From NCBI GenBank assembly GCA_047967505.1, contig CM106538.1: a stretch of 64,000 bases of DNA, one strand, 5' to 3'. Below, piece after piece: positions 1 through 13,200 of this stretch (position 1 is the stretch's first letter; every line of letters starts with the position of its first letter). Source of the DNA: Dipteris shenzhenensis. Its lineage: Eukaryota. The notes under the pieces are model-generated. The model was not told the origin of the DNA and did not search any database. It saw only the letters and a list, made by a program, of their open reading frames with translations. Made by a program: the position numbers and the translations under genes.

Positions 1-321
1 GTATGGTTAGCTAAGGTTTAGTTAGTTTGGGTCTAGGTTAGGTTAGTGCTAACTAAGGTTAAAGGTTGGGTTAGGTTGGCCTAAGACACTGTCCTAACAG
101 TCCTAAAGGTCTTGAGCTGTACTTAAAAAAAAAAAAAAAAAAACCTCATTTAGGGTACTCCTACAGCCCTATTCTGGGCCTTTCTTAGCCACCTTCATGG
201 CTCATTTTGAGCCCCGTTTCCAGCCCTTCTTCACCGAGCTTTCTTCGAACCTCTTCAATGACTGCTACTGACACCTCTTCAGCCTCTACATCGAGCCTTC
301 GACACTTGGCACATTTTCCTC

Positions 322-2817
322 GTGTCATTCATGGCACCCAGGCGTGCACCCCGGTCGGATGAGTCATCTCAGCACGGTGACGATGTTGCTCAGCAGGAGC
401 AGATGCCGGTCACAGAGGGTGCATCTCCTTCACAGCCAGTTTCTGCTATGCTTACCGACACACAATTTCTAGATGCATTGGACTTGATGCTTCAGGGGGC
501 TTTTCAGCAGATGGGTCAGCAGTTGGGGCAGCAGCTCACCACTGCTATGGCTATGCACGATATAGCTATCACCCAGATGGGTAAGAACATTGGGCAACAG
601 ATCACTACCGCCATCAGTATGCACGATAAGGGTAAGCAGCCCGCACCCCAGCACGGGGATCAGTCGGATAGCCAGGGTGATTTTCTTGACCCACACAAGG
701 GATTTATGGCTGATGGCCGTCGCACTTATGATGTTGGTTCTATGCATGCACCCCAGCATGGGGATTATGTTGATTCTGGTGATGCCTTGCCCGTGCCGCC
801 GAGCACTTCTCTTATTGATTCCAGGCCTCCATTTGGCTCGCATATTTCATTGGCTGAGCCGTCCATTTTGGGCCGGCCCATTGGCACATTTTTGCCAACG
901 GCGAGCATGCCTGGATTGGGTGTTGGGTTTCAGGGCAGTTGGGAGAGGGGCGAGTCCTCTTCTCAACCTTTTTCTATGCCACCCACCCATCGAGATGTTT
1001 ATGGCAGGCAGACTCAGCAGGGATTGCATGCTTCGATGACACCTCCTGTTAATACATTCAGTCAGACTCAGCCTGCGTATCAGGGAGGTAATGCTTTCAG
1101 TCAGACGCACTTTATGCATCAGGGGAGTGGTTCTCCTAACCAGCATGATGCTGGAAGTGGGCAGCATGCAAACATGGATGATATGCTTTCAGATGCCTTA
1201 TGTTCATATAGGGCATTGCCTGAGGATGTTCGTAATGAGATGCCCTTTTCACAGTATGTGAGCTTCAAGCGTGAGTATGCTGGTAGTCACTATAGGAATA
1301 ACGCAGCCAAAGATGTGAAAGATAAAATCTCTGTGCATAAGTTTAAGGGTGACACTCGCACTCCCAATGAGTTGGAGGAGTGGCTCACGAAGCTTGAAGA
1401 TTATTTCCGCTTCTACCCTAAGAATGATGAGGAGAGGATCATTTTTGTTGGCATGCATTTACAGGATTATGCACATACATGGTGGCGTTACATGCGAGAG
1501 TCACCTCAGAAGCCTACCACCTGGAAACAGTTCAAGGAGCTTATGGTCACGACCTTCGTCTCGGCCCTGATCCTTGAACAGTACCTTGCTGAATTCTATG
1601 CACTGTCACAGACAGGTACGGTCCAGGAGTACTTGCAGCGTTTTTGGAGACTTTCTTTGTTTGTACAGGATATTTCTGAGAAAGGGAAGTTGCTGCGTTT
1701 TATACAAGGCTTAGATCCCTCTCTAGCTGCTGATGTGAGAGCTCACAATCCTCTAACCATTGAGCGAGCAGCCCAGCTTGCTGAGGTGTTTGAGCCAAAA
1801 TATGCTGGCAAGTACAAGCATGTGTCACATAGCTTCTATGGTACTGCTTATGATGCTGACAGGAAGACAAATTCTGCTGATTGGATTGATAAGAAACCAG
1901 CAGCTGCTTCCTTCCCACGATATCCAACGGTTTCTGGAAGTAAGATGCCATATGCAAAGCCATACAGGCCCATGGATGCAAAGACAGGTGTCAAAACCAG
2001 TGCTGGTTTTGGCAAATCAGAAGTTAAACAACATTCCAGAGCCATAATGGACAGTAGGAAGAAGGCAAATTTATGCTTTAGGTGTGGAGAGAAATGGACA
2101 CCTGAGCACCGAGATGTGTGCAAAATGAAGAATGTCAGCTCAGCCAAACTCAGCATGATAATTGAATTATCTGATGATGATGAAGTGGCTGATGTAGCAG
2201 ACCCCCATGATGTCTCTCATGAGGAATTGACAGGAGCTCATGATGCAGATGAGTCTCCTGACACAGATGCCACAAAGGGGACTGTTTTTCCTTTTGATCC
2301 GGGTGGGGCTATTGAGCAAACCTCTCATGTGATGCATGAGATTGATATTCAGCCTACATGTAGCAGGAAAGGCCGTAAGCCAACACTCTCTGTGTTGGAG
2401 CATCAACCTACAATGCCTTTTCATGTCAGAGGTGATGCTAATGGTAATGTTCCTGTGGATGATGATGAGATTTATTGGGATGCCCAGTCTACACTGTATA
2501 CCATCTCACTACATGCCTTGATGGGTGCCAAAAGTGCTGACACAATCAGGTTGAAGGGAATGATTAATGGCAGATCTGTCCATGTATTGGTAGACAGTGG
2601 CAGCACTCACAGTTTCATTAATTGTAGAACATTGCAAAGATTGGGATTAGTTGCTACAGAGATAGACCATGGTCTGAAAGTGGAGATCGTGAATGGACAG
2701 CACATGATCAGCAGACATTGTTGCCAGGATGCCAGGATCAAGTTTTCTGATCATTATGAGTTTGCAGGTGATCTTTTGGCATTGGATATGGGGCCCATAG
2801 ATGCTGTCCTAGTATAG
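322..2817 (+). CDS. gag: Gypsy Gag plus aspartic protease (ends at a premature stop)
   Basis: Retrotransposon gag core (EEWLTKLEDYF...AHTWW...TWKQFKELM), knuckle CFRCGEKWTPEHRDVC, protease VLVDSGSTHSFI. Confidence 0.88.
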   Translation: MSFMAPRRAPRSDESSQHGDDVAQQEQMPVTEGASPSQPVSAMLTDTQFLDALDLMLQGAFQQMGQQLGQQLTTAMAMHDIAITQMGKNIGQQITTAISMHDKGKQPAPQHGDQSDSQGDFLDPHKGFMADGRRTYDVGSMHAPQHGDYVDSGDALPVPPSTSLIDSRPPFGSHISLAEPSILGRPIGTFLPTASMPGLGVGFQGSWERGESSSQPFSMPPTHRDVYGRQTQQGLHASMTPPVNTFSQTQPAYQGGNAFSQTHFMHQGSGSPNQHDAGSGQHANMDDMLSDALCSYRALPEDVRNEMPFSQYVSFKREYAGSHYRNNAAKDVKDKISVHKFKGDTRTPNELEEWLTKLEDYFRFYPKNDEERIIFVGMHLQDYAHTWWRYMRESPQKPTTWKQFKELMVTTFVSALILEQYLAEFYALSQTGTVQEYLQRFWRLSLFVQDISEKGKLLRFIQGLDPSLAADVRAHNPLTIERAAQLAEVFEPKYAGKYKHVSHSFYGTAYDADRKTNSADWIDKKPAAASFPRYPTVSGSKMPYAKPYRPMDAKTGVKTSAGFGKSEVKQHSRAIMDSRKKANLCFRCGEKWTPEHRDVCKMKNVSSAKLSMIIELSDDDEVADVADPHDVSHEELTGAHDADESPDTDATKGTVFPFDPGGAIEQTSHVMHEIDIQPTCSRKGRKPTLSVLEHQPTMPFHVRGDANGNVPVDDDEIYWDAQSTLYTISLHALMGAKSADTIRLKGMINGRSVHVLVDSGSTHSFINCRTLQRLGLVATEIDHGLKVEIVNGQHMISRHCCQDARIKFSDHYEFAGDLLALDMGPIDAVLV

Positions 2818-2954
2818 ATTTGAATGCTTTATCTCTTGAGTTTTGCCACAAGGGTAGAATTGTTACATTGCAGGGCATTGTGAATTAGAAATTACAGGTC
2901 ATTTCAGCAAGGCAGCTAGCTAGGGAGCTCAAGAATGAAAGTGCCATTTATGCA

Positions 2955-5851
2955 TTGAATGTCTCTGTACCTCAGGAGGGTGGTATTCCCCATGTGGATA
3001 ATTGTGAAATGCAGAAATTGCTCTTAGAATTTGGGGATGTGTTTGCTGATATGCCATCTCAGTTGCCCCCAAAAAGAGATGTTGATCATGCCATAGTTCT
3101 GGAACATGGCAGTAAACCAATAAACAAGGCCCCGTATCGACTTTCTAAGGTTGAACGGGAAGAAGTGGCAACACAGGTGCAGGATTTACTTGAGAAGAAC
3201 TTCATTGATCATAGCACCTCGCCTTTTGCATCTCCAGTACTCCTGGTAAAGAAGAAGGATGGCTCTTTTCGTATGTGCATTGATTACAGAGAATTGAATA
3301 AGACCACCATTAAGAACAGGTTTCCTATTCCGAGGATTGATGACCTGCTGGATGAACTCAAGGGTGCTCAATATTTCACGAAGATTGATTTGAGGTCAGG
3401 TTTACCATCAGATCAGGATGAAAGAGGGTGATGAGCATAAGACTGCCTTTCGTACAGAAAGAGGATTATATGAGTTCAAGGTGATGCCTTTTGGTTTGAG
3501 TAATGCACCAGCCACCTTCCAGGCACTCATGAACAAGATCTTACACCACCTTCTTTTCAAATGTGTGCTGGTATTTTTCGATGACATTCTCATTTATAGT
3601 AAGGATGCACAGGAACACATTGACCATGTCCGACAAGTGCTAGAAATCTTGAGGATGCATCAGCTTTATGCCAAGGCCAGCAAGTGCACATTTATGGCAG
3701 AGGAGGTTGAATATCTTGGTCATGTTGTAAGCAGGCACGGAATCAGGGTAGACCCAGCTAAGGTGAAATGCATTAAGGAGTGGCCGCAGCCACAAAATAC
3801 CACGCAGCTCAGAGGTTTCTTGGGTCTTGCTTCTTTTTACAGGAGATTCATTAGGCACTTCGCCAAAAGGGCTGCCCCTCTCACTGATTTGCTGAAAAAG
3901 GATGCCTTCCAATGGTCAGAAGCAGCACAACTCAGCTTTGATAACCTCAAGGATGCCCTTAGCAATGCACCTGTATTGGTGTGCCCTGATTTCTCACGGT
4001 CTTTCATTATTGAGACGGATGCCAGTGGCAAAGGTTTAGGGGCTGTCCTAAAACAAGAGCATGGTGTGATTGCTTTTGAGAGCAGGAAGTTTAATGCCAG
4101 GGAAATGAATTATCATGTTTATGATCAAGAGATGCTGGCAATCTTGCATGCTTTTGCAAAATGGCACCACTACCTGTATGGTAGCAAGATTAAGGTCAAA
4201 ACAGATCACAGGACACTCAAGTACTTCTTAACGCAGCCTAATTTATCCATGAAGCAGAAGAGATGGCTGGCTGCAGTTCAGTCCTATGATTTTGACATTG
4301 AATATAGAAAGGGGAAAGAGAATGTGGTTGCTGATGCCTTGTCCAGGATGTGGTCATGCAAACTGTCTGCCATTTCCACGCTTCATCAGGAGTGGATACT
4401 TGGGATTCAGGAGGAATACATGCAAAATTCTGATGCAGCCCCTATTTTTGTGGAGTTACAGAGTCCGTCCAGCCAAGGACATGTTCGATTTCAGCTCCGC
4501 AACGGACTGTTATGGTGCAGGGACAGAATTTATCTTGTGCCAGACTCCAAGTACAGGTTGATGGTATTACAGGAAATGCACTCATCCCCTATGTCAGGGC
4601 ATACGGGTATCACAAAAACATATGAAAAAGTCAAGGAGAGCTTTATTTGGGATGGTTTGTGGCGAGATGTGGTTAAGTTTGTCAGTGAATGTTTGCCCTG
4701 CCAACAAAATAAAGTGGACAGCCGGTTACCCGCAGGCCTTCTGCAACCGCTACCCATTCCTGAAGGCAAATGGACTCACATTGCCATGGACTTCATTACA
4801 GGCTTGCCTTCTACAGATAAGGGTTGGGATAGCATATTTGTGGTGGTTGACAGGATGACTAAGCAGGCCCATTTCATACCGACTAGGACTTGGTACTCCA
4901 CTTCACAGGTTGCCTGGCAATTCATTGAGTATGTGTTCAAGCACCATGGTTTTCCTCAGGAGATTGTCAGTGACAGGGATGCTAAATTTATGGGTCACTT
5001 TTGGCAGGAGTTATTCACTGCAGTTGGTACTTCCCTTGCGCCTAGTACTACTTATCATCCACAGATGGATGGACGATCAGAGAGGGTGAACAAGTGGTTG
5101 GAGGAGTTATCTAAGGCATTACTGTCATGACACGCAGAAGTCTTGGGACAAATGGTTACCATTGGCTGAATTTTGCTACAACAGCACCAAACACCTCTCT
5201 ATTGGCATGAGTCCATTCGAGGCTATGTATGGATGCAAAGTGGGAATGCCTTCCAGGGTTGCAGACTTGGCTGTGAAAAATCAGCAAGCAAGGAATGATT
5301 TGGAGAGTATGGATGCCCTTCTGCAGTTGGCTAAGAGGAATATGCAGGATGCCCAAGCCAAGCAGAAGAAGTATGCGGATGAACAAAGGAGGTACTTATC
5401 TTTTGAAGAAGGGGATTATGTGCATTTACGTCTCCATAAGAATCGATATTCCTTGCTGAAAGATAATACCAACACAAAGCTTGCCCACAGGTATTATGGC
5501 CCCTACAAAATCATCCGCAAAGTTGGGCAGGTAGCATATCAGTTGGAACTACCCAGTACCTCCAAGATCCATAATGTTTTCCATGTATCCTTGCTGAAAC
5601 CACATGTCGGACAGCATGTCCAGGTTCTTCTTGAGTTGCCTCCTATGGATGAAGAGGGCCACATAATCTATGTGCCGGAGCAAATCAAGGGCTTCAGAGA
5701 TCATGTACTCAGGAACAAAGCCTACACAGAATACCTCATCAAATGGAAAGGTTTAACGGAAGATGAGAATTCTTGGCAACCTGAGAGCATTGTGCAGGGC
5801 AGCCTCTTGGAAATTTTGAGGGCAAAATTCTTTGGGAAGGGATTGCTGTAA
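2955..5851 (+). pseudogene. pol: Gypsy Pol (RT, RNase H, integrase, C-terminal chromodomain), split by frameshifts near 3410 and 5110
   Basis: [59 protein letters not shown] zinc finger, IVSDRD, YYGPY, chromodomain EYLIKWKGLTEDENSWQP. Spans ORFs 2955..3431, 3418..5130 and 5162..5851. Confidence 0.92.
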
Positions 5852-6396
5852 TGAAGGTGGGAAAAAGATGGATTTTAAGGGGAAAATAGATGGGAGAATA
5901 GTAGGGAAATGTGGGAACTGTGGGGGGACTATATAAGTCAACCCAAAAGGATTGTAAGGGGCTATTGATTTGACGTCTAATCCACTTCTCCTTGCTTCCT
6001 TCATCACTTGTGTACTTCCATTCTTGTTCTCTCTACTTCCCTCCCCTATTCCTTCTCTATCTCCCCCTGCCTTCCGTGGCTTTCTCTCACTTCCCCATTC
6101 ACCTTCACTACACCAACAAAGATCCGAAAACTACCTCAAAATTAAGGCGATAGGTCAAACCAGTAGGTGATCTGTTAGAATAGACAACAGTATAAAAACA
6201 GCAAATATCCCTCAAAGCAAGTATCTCTTGGGGCTTTTATTTGTACATTTTATTTGTGGTCCTCAAACCTTGTGGTGAGGTGGGAATTCTACTTTATGCT
6301 TAATTTGCTAGGGAGTTTGTAGGACAGCTCGAACTCAGTCATCACCACTGAGCCCTAGGTTGAAGTCGATTGAACCTACCTATATGTGCGACAACA
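5847..6396 (+). repeat. Putative 3' LTR of the Gypsy element
   Basis: Starts TGTAATG right after the PPT, contains a TATA box, ends in CA. No second copy in the window to confirm the right boundary. Confidence 0.6.
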
Positions 6397-6437
6397 TACA
6401 TATAAGAGTGAGTGCTCGTGATAGTATCTAATGCTAG

Positions 6438-6745
6438 CTAGGAAAGATTTGGGGCTTCCAAATCTTCATTATTATTGGGGATGGCTTGCGTGTTGATATA
6501 GTAGGGCTTCCGTCGGCTCCCATTGATTGTTGTGGTGAATTGGACTCTGTTTAGTGTTTCTAGCAGCACAACTTGAAATGAATTCATATTTTTGAGACTA
6601 TATGGCCCTTGACCTAGATATTTGAGTTTTCCCTTGTGGACTTTGGCATTATATAGTAGAACTAGGTCACCTTCTTTGATCTCCTTTATCCTTAAGGTTT
6701 CTGTCAAACCATGCCTTCCTTCTTTGTTTTTCTACTGCCATGGCA
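6438..6745 (-). pseudogene. Older Gypsy (non-chromovirus-like) integrase C-terminal remnant
   Basis: KAWFDRNLKD / KEGDLVLLYNAK...GQGPY...INGSRRKPYY matches the GPY/F integrase tail. Confidence 0.7.
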
Positions 6746-7485
6746 TGGTAAGCAACTAACCTTGTCTTTGTTCTTCGTGAAGATGATAAGTTGGATGGCA
6801 CCAACTATCCGATGTGGTCTTATCTCATGAAACATATTCTAGTTACAAAGCATTTATGGAATATTGTTTCTGGGGCTGATCTGAGGCCAGCCAATGCTAC
6901 AGTGGTTGCCTCTACTGCTGGTCCTTCTGCAGGGGGTACTGCTCCTGATGCCTCTTCCTCTAGCACTCCTGCTGCTGCTCTTTTAACTCAAGAACAGTCA
7001 AGATGGGATGCAAGAGATGCAAATGCACATTCATGTATTGCTTTATCATGCAAGAGAATCATTATTCCACACATCCGGTCTTGCAGGACAGCAAAGGATG
7101 CTTGGGATAAATTGGCTTCTCTCTATCCGATTCGCAATGAAGCTCATGTTGCATATTTGAGAAGGCAATTACAGGAAGTCAGTAAGGTGACTCTATGGAT
7201 GCATACGTGACAAAGGTCAAGGACCTCATGGAACAGCTTGCCAACATTGATGAGGTGGTGCCAAATTCACAGCTTATTAGTACCACATTGAATGGACTGC
7301 CAGATACATATCAAGGGTTTGCTACAACCCTTCGATTAGTGGCCATGGGTAATCCCTACCACTATTCTTTTGATCAGCTAGTTACTTTGCTTTTGCAGGA
7401 AGAGCAAAGTAGAGCTAATAGACAAGCCATTATTCTTGATCATGCATTTGCTTCACAGCAGACAGGAAGAGGCAAGGCTTCCAAG

Positions 7486-8193
7486 CATAGTTACGTTGAA
7501 ACGCCGAAACGGCGCAACGAAGGCCCGAAACGGCGTTTCCCCTGTGCCAGACCCCCCGAAACACGAAACGGCCCCGAAACCTGAAACGGCGATCCGAAAC
7601 GCCGAAACGGCATCTGAAACGCCGTTTCAGACCCGAAACGCGCCGTTTCTGGGGGTCTGAAACGTTTCAGACCTCAGTTTAAAAGGCATCCACTCAGTGG
7701 CAGATGTCATCCAAGATGATGGGTTTCCTCTTTCTTTTCCATTGGCTGTTGCAAAATTTGACCTTGATATGCATTACAAATCCATTGGGCAAAAGATTAC
7801 AGCTATGCTTCAACCTTCTGAGCCCATTCCACCATTGGAGCTTCAAGAACGTCTTGATGACTGGATTATTACCTCTCCAGGGTCGTTCTTGAAACCTTTA
7901 CGGTTGTCACGTATTATTGTTTCTTCATTATACAAAGTCCTTTTATCTCCGCCATGAGTTTCTCACAAGCTGAATTAGCTTTGGCGAATGACTCGCACGG
8001 CAAAGTGGTGGCGCAAAAGATTGAGATACATTTGGCATTCTAAAATGCCACTCAGACAACACCGTTTCAGACCAGAAACTTCTAAATGTGTGTATGCATT
8101 ACTCTAAACCCCCTTAATGACGTGGCGTTTCCTCGTTTCACCCGCTCTCAAAAATCCCGAAATGTTTCCGTTTCCCCGTTTCCCATAACTCTA
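7486..8193. mobile_element. Non-autonomous hAT-type DNA transposon (708 bp) inserted in Copia gag
   Basis: Exact 8-bp TSD CTTCCAAG (7478-7485 and 8194-8201). Imperfect TIRs CATAGTTA / TAACTCTA. Dense subterminal GAAACG / CGTTTC motifs. Excising it restores the frame GRGKASK-PMGKPKS. Confidence 0.85.
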
Positions 8194-9619
8194 CTTCCAA
8201 GCCTATGGGCAAGCCAAAATCTGCGCATAGCAGCTGCAATTTCTCCCATGCATCTAAAAATACAGCAGATAAGTCAAAGAAGAAAAGATGCAACTATTGT
8301 CGCAAGCTTGGACATGACATTTCAGAATGCAAGAAGCGCATTGCTTCAGAGAAAAAGAAAGCAGGATTGACAGTTAATGCCTCACATGCTATTGAATCCC
8401 ATGAGCCAGAAGATGCTTCACATGCACATGCTCTTCAGGATGATTGGGCATGGGCTGTCCATTGCTCGTTTGATCCCTCCAAAGCTGATGCATTCTTTAC
8501 TGCTAATGATGCTCAGTCCTGGTACTTCAATAGTGGTGCTTCCAAGCATGTCACATCTTGCAGACAGTTGTTTCATTCTTTCGCTGATGCACCTCGAGGG
8601 GGGACTGTTACATGTGCTAATAATGCTTCATATGCTGTAAAAGGAGTTGGAGATGTGCAGCTCACATCCATTTCAAGCCATCCTGTTACTCTGACAAATG
8701 TTCTTTTTGTGCCTGGAATTGAAGTCAAGTTGCTTTCAATTTCAGCAATTGCCACTTCAGGTTTCAGAGTTATTTTTGATGGCTACAGATGCCTAGTTTA
8801 TGATCTTCGTGATGACAATGCCATAGTTCTCACTGGCACTTTGCAAAAGGGGCTTTATCACCTTGATCATCACTCAACTGCACTTTCTATTGTAGCATTG
8901 GCTATTTCAGATTCACAGCTTGCTGAAACTCATCTTGGCATGAGAGAATGGGCCATCTTAATTATAGAGCTCTTGCAAAGCTACATTCACAGTAGATGGC
9001 AAATGATGTACCTCAAACTCACACAGTTTCCAAACATGTGTGTGAGGGTTGTCTTTTGGGTAAGATGGATCGATTTCCTTTTCAAAAGAATTGTCCAAAA
9101 CTCTCACAAAGGAAATTGCAGCGAGTGCACAGTGATGTCTGTGGCCCAATGAGGACAAATGTCATTGGGGGATACAAGTATTTCATGACTCTCATTGATG
9201 ATTTCTAAGCCGAATCTGAAGTTTTCTTATGCTTTCAGAGATGGCTGAATATGGTTGAGAATGAATCAGGATGCAAGCTTGTCACCCTCAACACAGATAG
9301 GAAGGGAGAGTATATGTCAAAGGAGTTTGATGCCTTTCTGTCTTCACGGGGCATTATTCACTCATGTACTATTCCTTACACTCCTCAGCAGAATCCTGTT
9401 TTTGAAAGGAAAAACAGGTCCACAATGGAGATGGACAGATGCATGCTTAAGGCCAAGTCTTTGCCCAATAAATTTTGGCTTGATGTAGTGATGTGTGCCA
9501 ACTATGTGCTGAATAGATCACCTACACGGGCATTGCAGACTATTACACCTTATGAAGCATGGAAAGGCAGGAAGCCTTCACTTTCACACATGAGAGTTTT
9601 TGGGTCTCTTGCATATGTT

Positions 9620-10207
9620 CATGTACCATCTCAGCTGAGACATAAGCTTGATGACAAGGCAATCAAATGCATATTTATTGGTTACAGCAAGGAGAGCAGA
9701 GGGTATCGGTTATACCAACCAAATACTGGGAAGATTATTGTCAGTAGAGATGTAATCTTTGCTGAACATTCAGCTTCTCCTCTTGTGGACTGCAAAGCTA
9801 AGCCAGATGTTGACATGTTTGATGCCTTTGAATCTTGGTTACCTCTACCATCCGCAGAAGAGGACTTTGACCAGCAACATGAGCCTCCTGCAGGCCCTCC
9901 ACCAAGCAATAATCATGTACCATCTCAGCTGAGACATAAGCTTGATGACAAGGCAATCAAATGCATATTTATTGGTTACAGCAAGGAGAGCAGAGGGTAT
10001 CGGTTATACCAACCAAATACTAGGAAGATTATTGTCAGTAGAGATGTAATCTTTGCTGAACATTCAGCTTCTCCTCTTGTGGACTGCAAAGCTAAGCCAG
10101 ATGTTGACATGTTTGATGCCTTTGAATCTTGGTTACCTCTGCCATCCTCAGAAGAGGACTTTGACCAGCAACATGAGCCTCCTGCAGGCCCTCCACCAAG
10201 CAATAAT
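9620..10207 (+). repeat. 294-bp in-frame tandem duplication within the Copia integrase C-terminal region
   Basis: 9620-9913 is repeated at 9914-10207; the peptide HVPSQLRHKLDD...PPPSNN occurs twice, with about 3 substitutions. Confidence 0.95.
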
Positions 10208-13200
10208 GAGCCACTACCTCATGCTAATTTGCAGGTTTCTCTTCCAGCACAAAATGATCCCACTATTCATGATGCAATCATTGAAGAAAGAGCTGTCAAT
10301 AGACAGCTAAGGCAAGTTCCCAGATGGCTTCTTGATACATTGAGGGACAGCAAACAAGATCAGCCTTTTGCTGCCCGGACAAGATCAGGGAATAGACAGC
10401 ATGGTCACTTTCTTGAGTTTGCACTCCTTGCTATAGCTTGCAATGAAGAGCCTCTGTGCCATCAAGATGCTTTTGACAGCAAAGAGTGGATGGATGCAAT
10501 GAGAGTTGAGTTACATTCCATTGCTAAAAATGACACATGGGAATTAGTAGATCTCCCTCTAGGCAAGCATGCCATTGGAACCAGGTGGGTCTACAAATTA
10601 AAAAGGAAATCTGATGGCAGCATAGATCGATACAAAGCCCATCTTGTTGCAAAAGGGTATGCCCAACAACAAGGCATTGACTTTGAGGAGACATTTGCTC
10701 CCACATCCAGGATTACTACCATTAGATGTGTCATTGCCATTGCAGCCCATCATCATTGGCAAGTGCACCAACTTGACATCAAGACTGCTTTTCTTCATGG
10801 GTTGCAGGAAGAAGTCTATGCCACACAACCTCCTGGCTTTGAGGTTGTTAATTCTGAAAATAAGGTATGCCGGCTTAGAAAAGCCCTTTATGGTTTGAAG
10901 CAGGCACCTAGGGCATGGTATGCCAAAATTCATGCACACTTACTATCCCTTGGTTTTTAGAATAGTCCCTCAGAACCCACTCTTTATGTCCACGGGAGTG
11001 GATCTGATTTTTTAGTGCTGATTTTATATGTGGATGATATGCTCATCACGGGCCCAGATACTCAGCAAATTGCAGCTTTCAAGGCTGATTTGCAGCAGAT
11101 TTTTGACATGTCAGACATGGGACAGCTCCATTATTATTTGGGCATTCAGTTTGCTCATGTTGAGGGGGGTATCATGATGTCTCAGTCCAAGTATATTGGA
11201 CAGCTCCTTGATCGTTTTCAGTTTGAGGATTGCAAGCCAATCTCTACTCCAGTGGACCCTAGCTTCAAATTCTCAGCTCATGATGGGAGCCCACCATGTG
11301 ATATCACTCTTTATCAGCAGGTTGTTGGATGCCTTATTTATTTATGTCACACCAGACCTGACTTACAGTATGCAATATCTCAGCTCAGCAGATTCATGCA
11401 CATGCCCAGTTCACAGCATTGGCAGGCAGTGAAGAGAGTCTTCAGATATCTCAGAGGCACTCAGAATTTAGCCCTCTTCTATGGTGATCAAGGTTCACTT
11501 ACCATGCATGCTTACACGGATAGTGACTGGGCAGGATGTTCCGACACCAGAGTGTCACATACTGGCAATTGTTTGTTGCTTGGCAATTCATGTATCTCTT
11601 GGCTCAGCAAGAAGCAACCAACAGTTGCCACATCTAGTTGTGAGGCTGAGTACAGGGCAGCTTTCACCGCTACAGTAGAGTGTGTTTGGCTTTGACAGCT
11701 ACTTACAGATCTTGGTATTCGCCAGACATCCTCCACTATTGTCTACACTGACAGCCAGAGTGCTTTGGCCATTGCGCGTAACCCAGTGTTTCATGCGCGC
11801 ACCAAGCATATTGAAGTTCACTATCATTATGTTCGGGAGCGGTTGTCAGCAAGAGACATAGAGTTGTCCTATCTTCCCATAGAGGACAACATAGTAGATA
11901 TGTTTACAAAGGCACTTCCTCGTCCCAAGTTCGAAGTCTTTCGACAGGCTTTACACTTGGTTCCTTTCGTTACATGATCTGACATCCCTTGTACATTCAT
12001 AGGTGGCTATATCCTTTTGGATGAACATGTGCCACCATGACCAGAAAATACCAGGTATTTTAAGACGTTTCCAGAGTACTTCAGCCCATTCCATGGAGGG
12101 GGAATTGTAGGCCATCCTTTGGTGGTTCGAGTGATGCCCTATAGGCCATGGTATGAGCTCAAACGTGGTACAGGGATGTAATCAGCTGGGGCGACTCAGA
12201 TTATGCAGGAAAAGCTTTATTTGGATCAGCCAATCTCCAAATCGCTTGAGAATTAGGGGTCTGCCTGCACCATTTTATCTTTAACCTATTAACTACGGCA
12301 AGGGAAAAAAAAGGAGAGACATGTGGAAGCATGGAGAAGAGAGGAGTTGCCACGTGTAGGCAATATATCACGGGTTGACGTCAGGTTTTTTGTACAATTG
12401 TTTTGCATCATGGTGTTGTAGATTGCCTTTGCTTTAGAATGTGAGATGCCTCTGGGCTACACAGAATATACAGCTAGGAGATTATGAAACCAATCATCTG
12501 AGCTACCAAAAAGTAGACCACTACTACCTAGCTTAGCATTTTCAATGCTTCATTCTTGGTCCCTCTTTGCCGTTTCTGTGCAGACGACGACAGATTTTTC
12601 AAGATGCAATACTTTAGGCTGTAGCACAGGAAGACTCCAACAGTACTGCAATTCTAATCTTGTGCTCAAGCCCCTTCCCTTCTCCATCAGATAGGCTTAT
12701 GCACAATCTTCTTTCAGGTGTGTAATTATATTCGTTTAGTAGGGGCATCTGTCTTGGATAGCTTCGGGTGGGCTTTGGGGGGGCTCTGTGGTGAAGGAAT
12801 CTGTTGGGAAGCGTCGGAGATGCAGATGGATATAAGAAAGGCAGCTGCCAATCCTTATTTTGGACCCTCTTCTGCTCTTCATGTGTGATTGCTACAGTCC
12901 ATGCTGTTGATTTGGATCAAGAATTGCCAAATAAATTTTCAGCAAGAGCACCCCATAGCTTGCCAACTGAAGGACGATCAATCCTCCTCTTTTATTTGCA
13001 ATATCGAGAATGTTTCTATGTTAGTAGGACACCATAGCCAGGTTTGAAAGGATACTCACTAGGGGGAAGCCGAAATGGGTAGAGAGCTTGCAATGGGAAA
13101 AAGGATATGGGATGAGCTGAGATGAGCTTGCACTCCAAAGGAGGATCTATGGGAGAGACAACAAGTCATCGAAAGCTGAAAGCAGGCGTAATGAAAAATG

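Larger units (their letters stand above)
1..6396 (+). mobile_element. Ty3/Gypsy chromovirus-type LTR retrotransposon (5' LTR lies upstream of the window; degenerate)
   Basis: Domain order gag-PR-RT-RH-INT-chromodomain. PPT-like GGGAAGGGA ends just before a TG start at 5847. The putative 3' LTR has a TATA-like CTATATAAG near 5930 and ends ...ACAACA at about 6396. Confidence 0.9.
6740..12105 (+). mobile_element. Ty1/Copia element lacking 5' LTR and PBS; degenerate gag-pol about 6740-11977
   Basis: KLDGTNYPMWS gag start, CNYCRKLGHDISEC knuckle, WYFNSGAS protease, integrase VHSDVCGPM / TPQQN, RT LYGLKQAPRAW / LYVDDML, RNase H YTDSDWAG...HARTKHIEVHYH. PPT GGAGGGGGAAT ends at 12105, followed by TGTAGG. 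Confidence 0.9.

Noticed and set aside
7500-7670. CRISPR-like short repeats
   Set aside because: Irregular GAAACG subterminal motifs of a hAT-type element; no constant repeat/spacer structure, and the context is eukaryotic.
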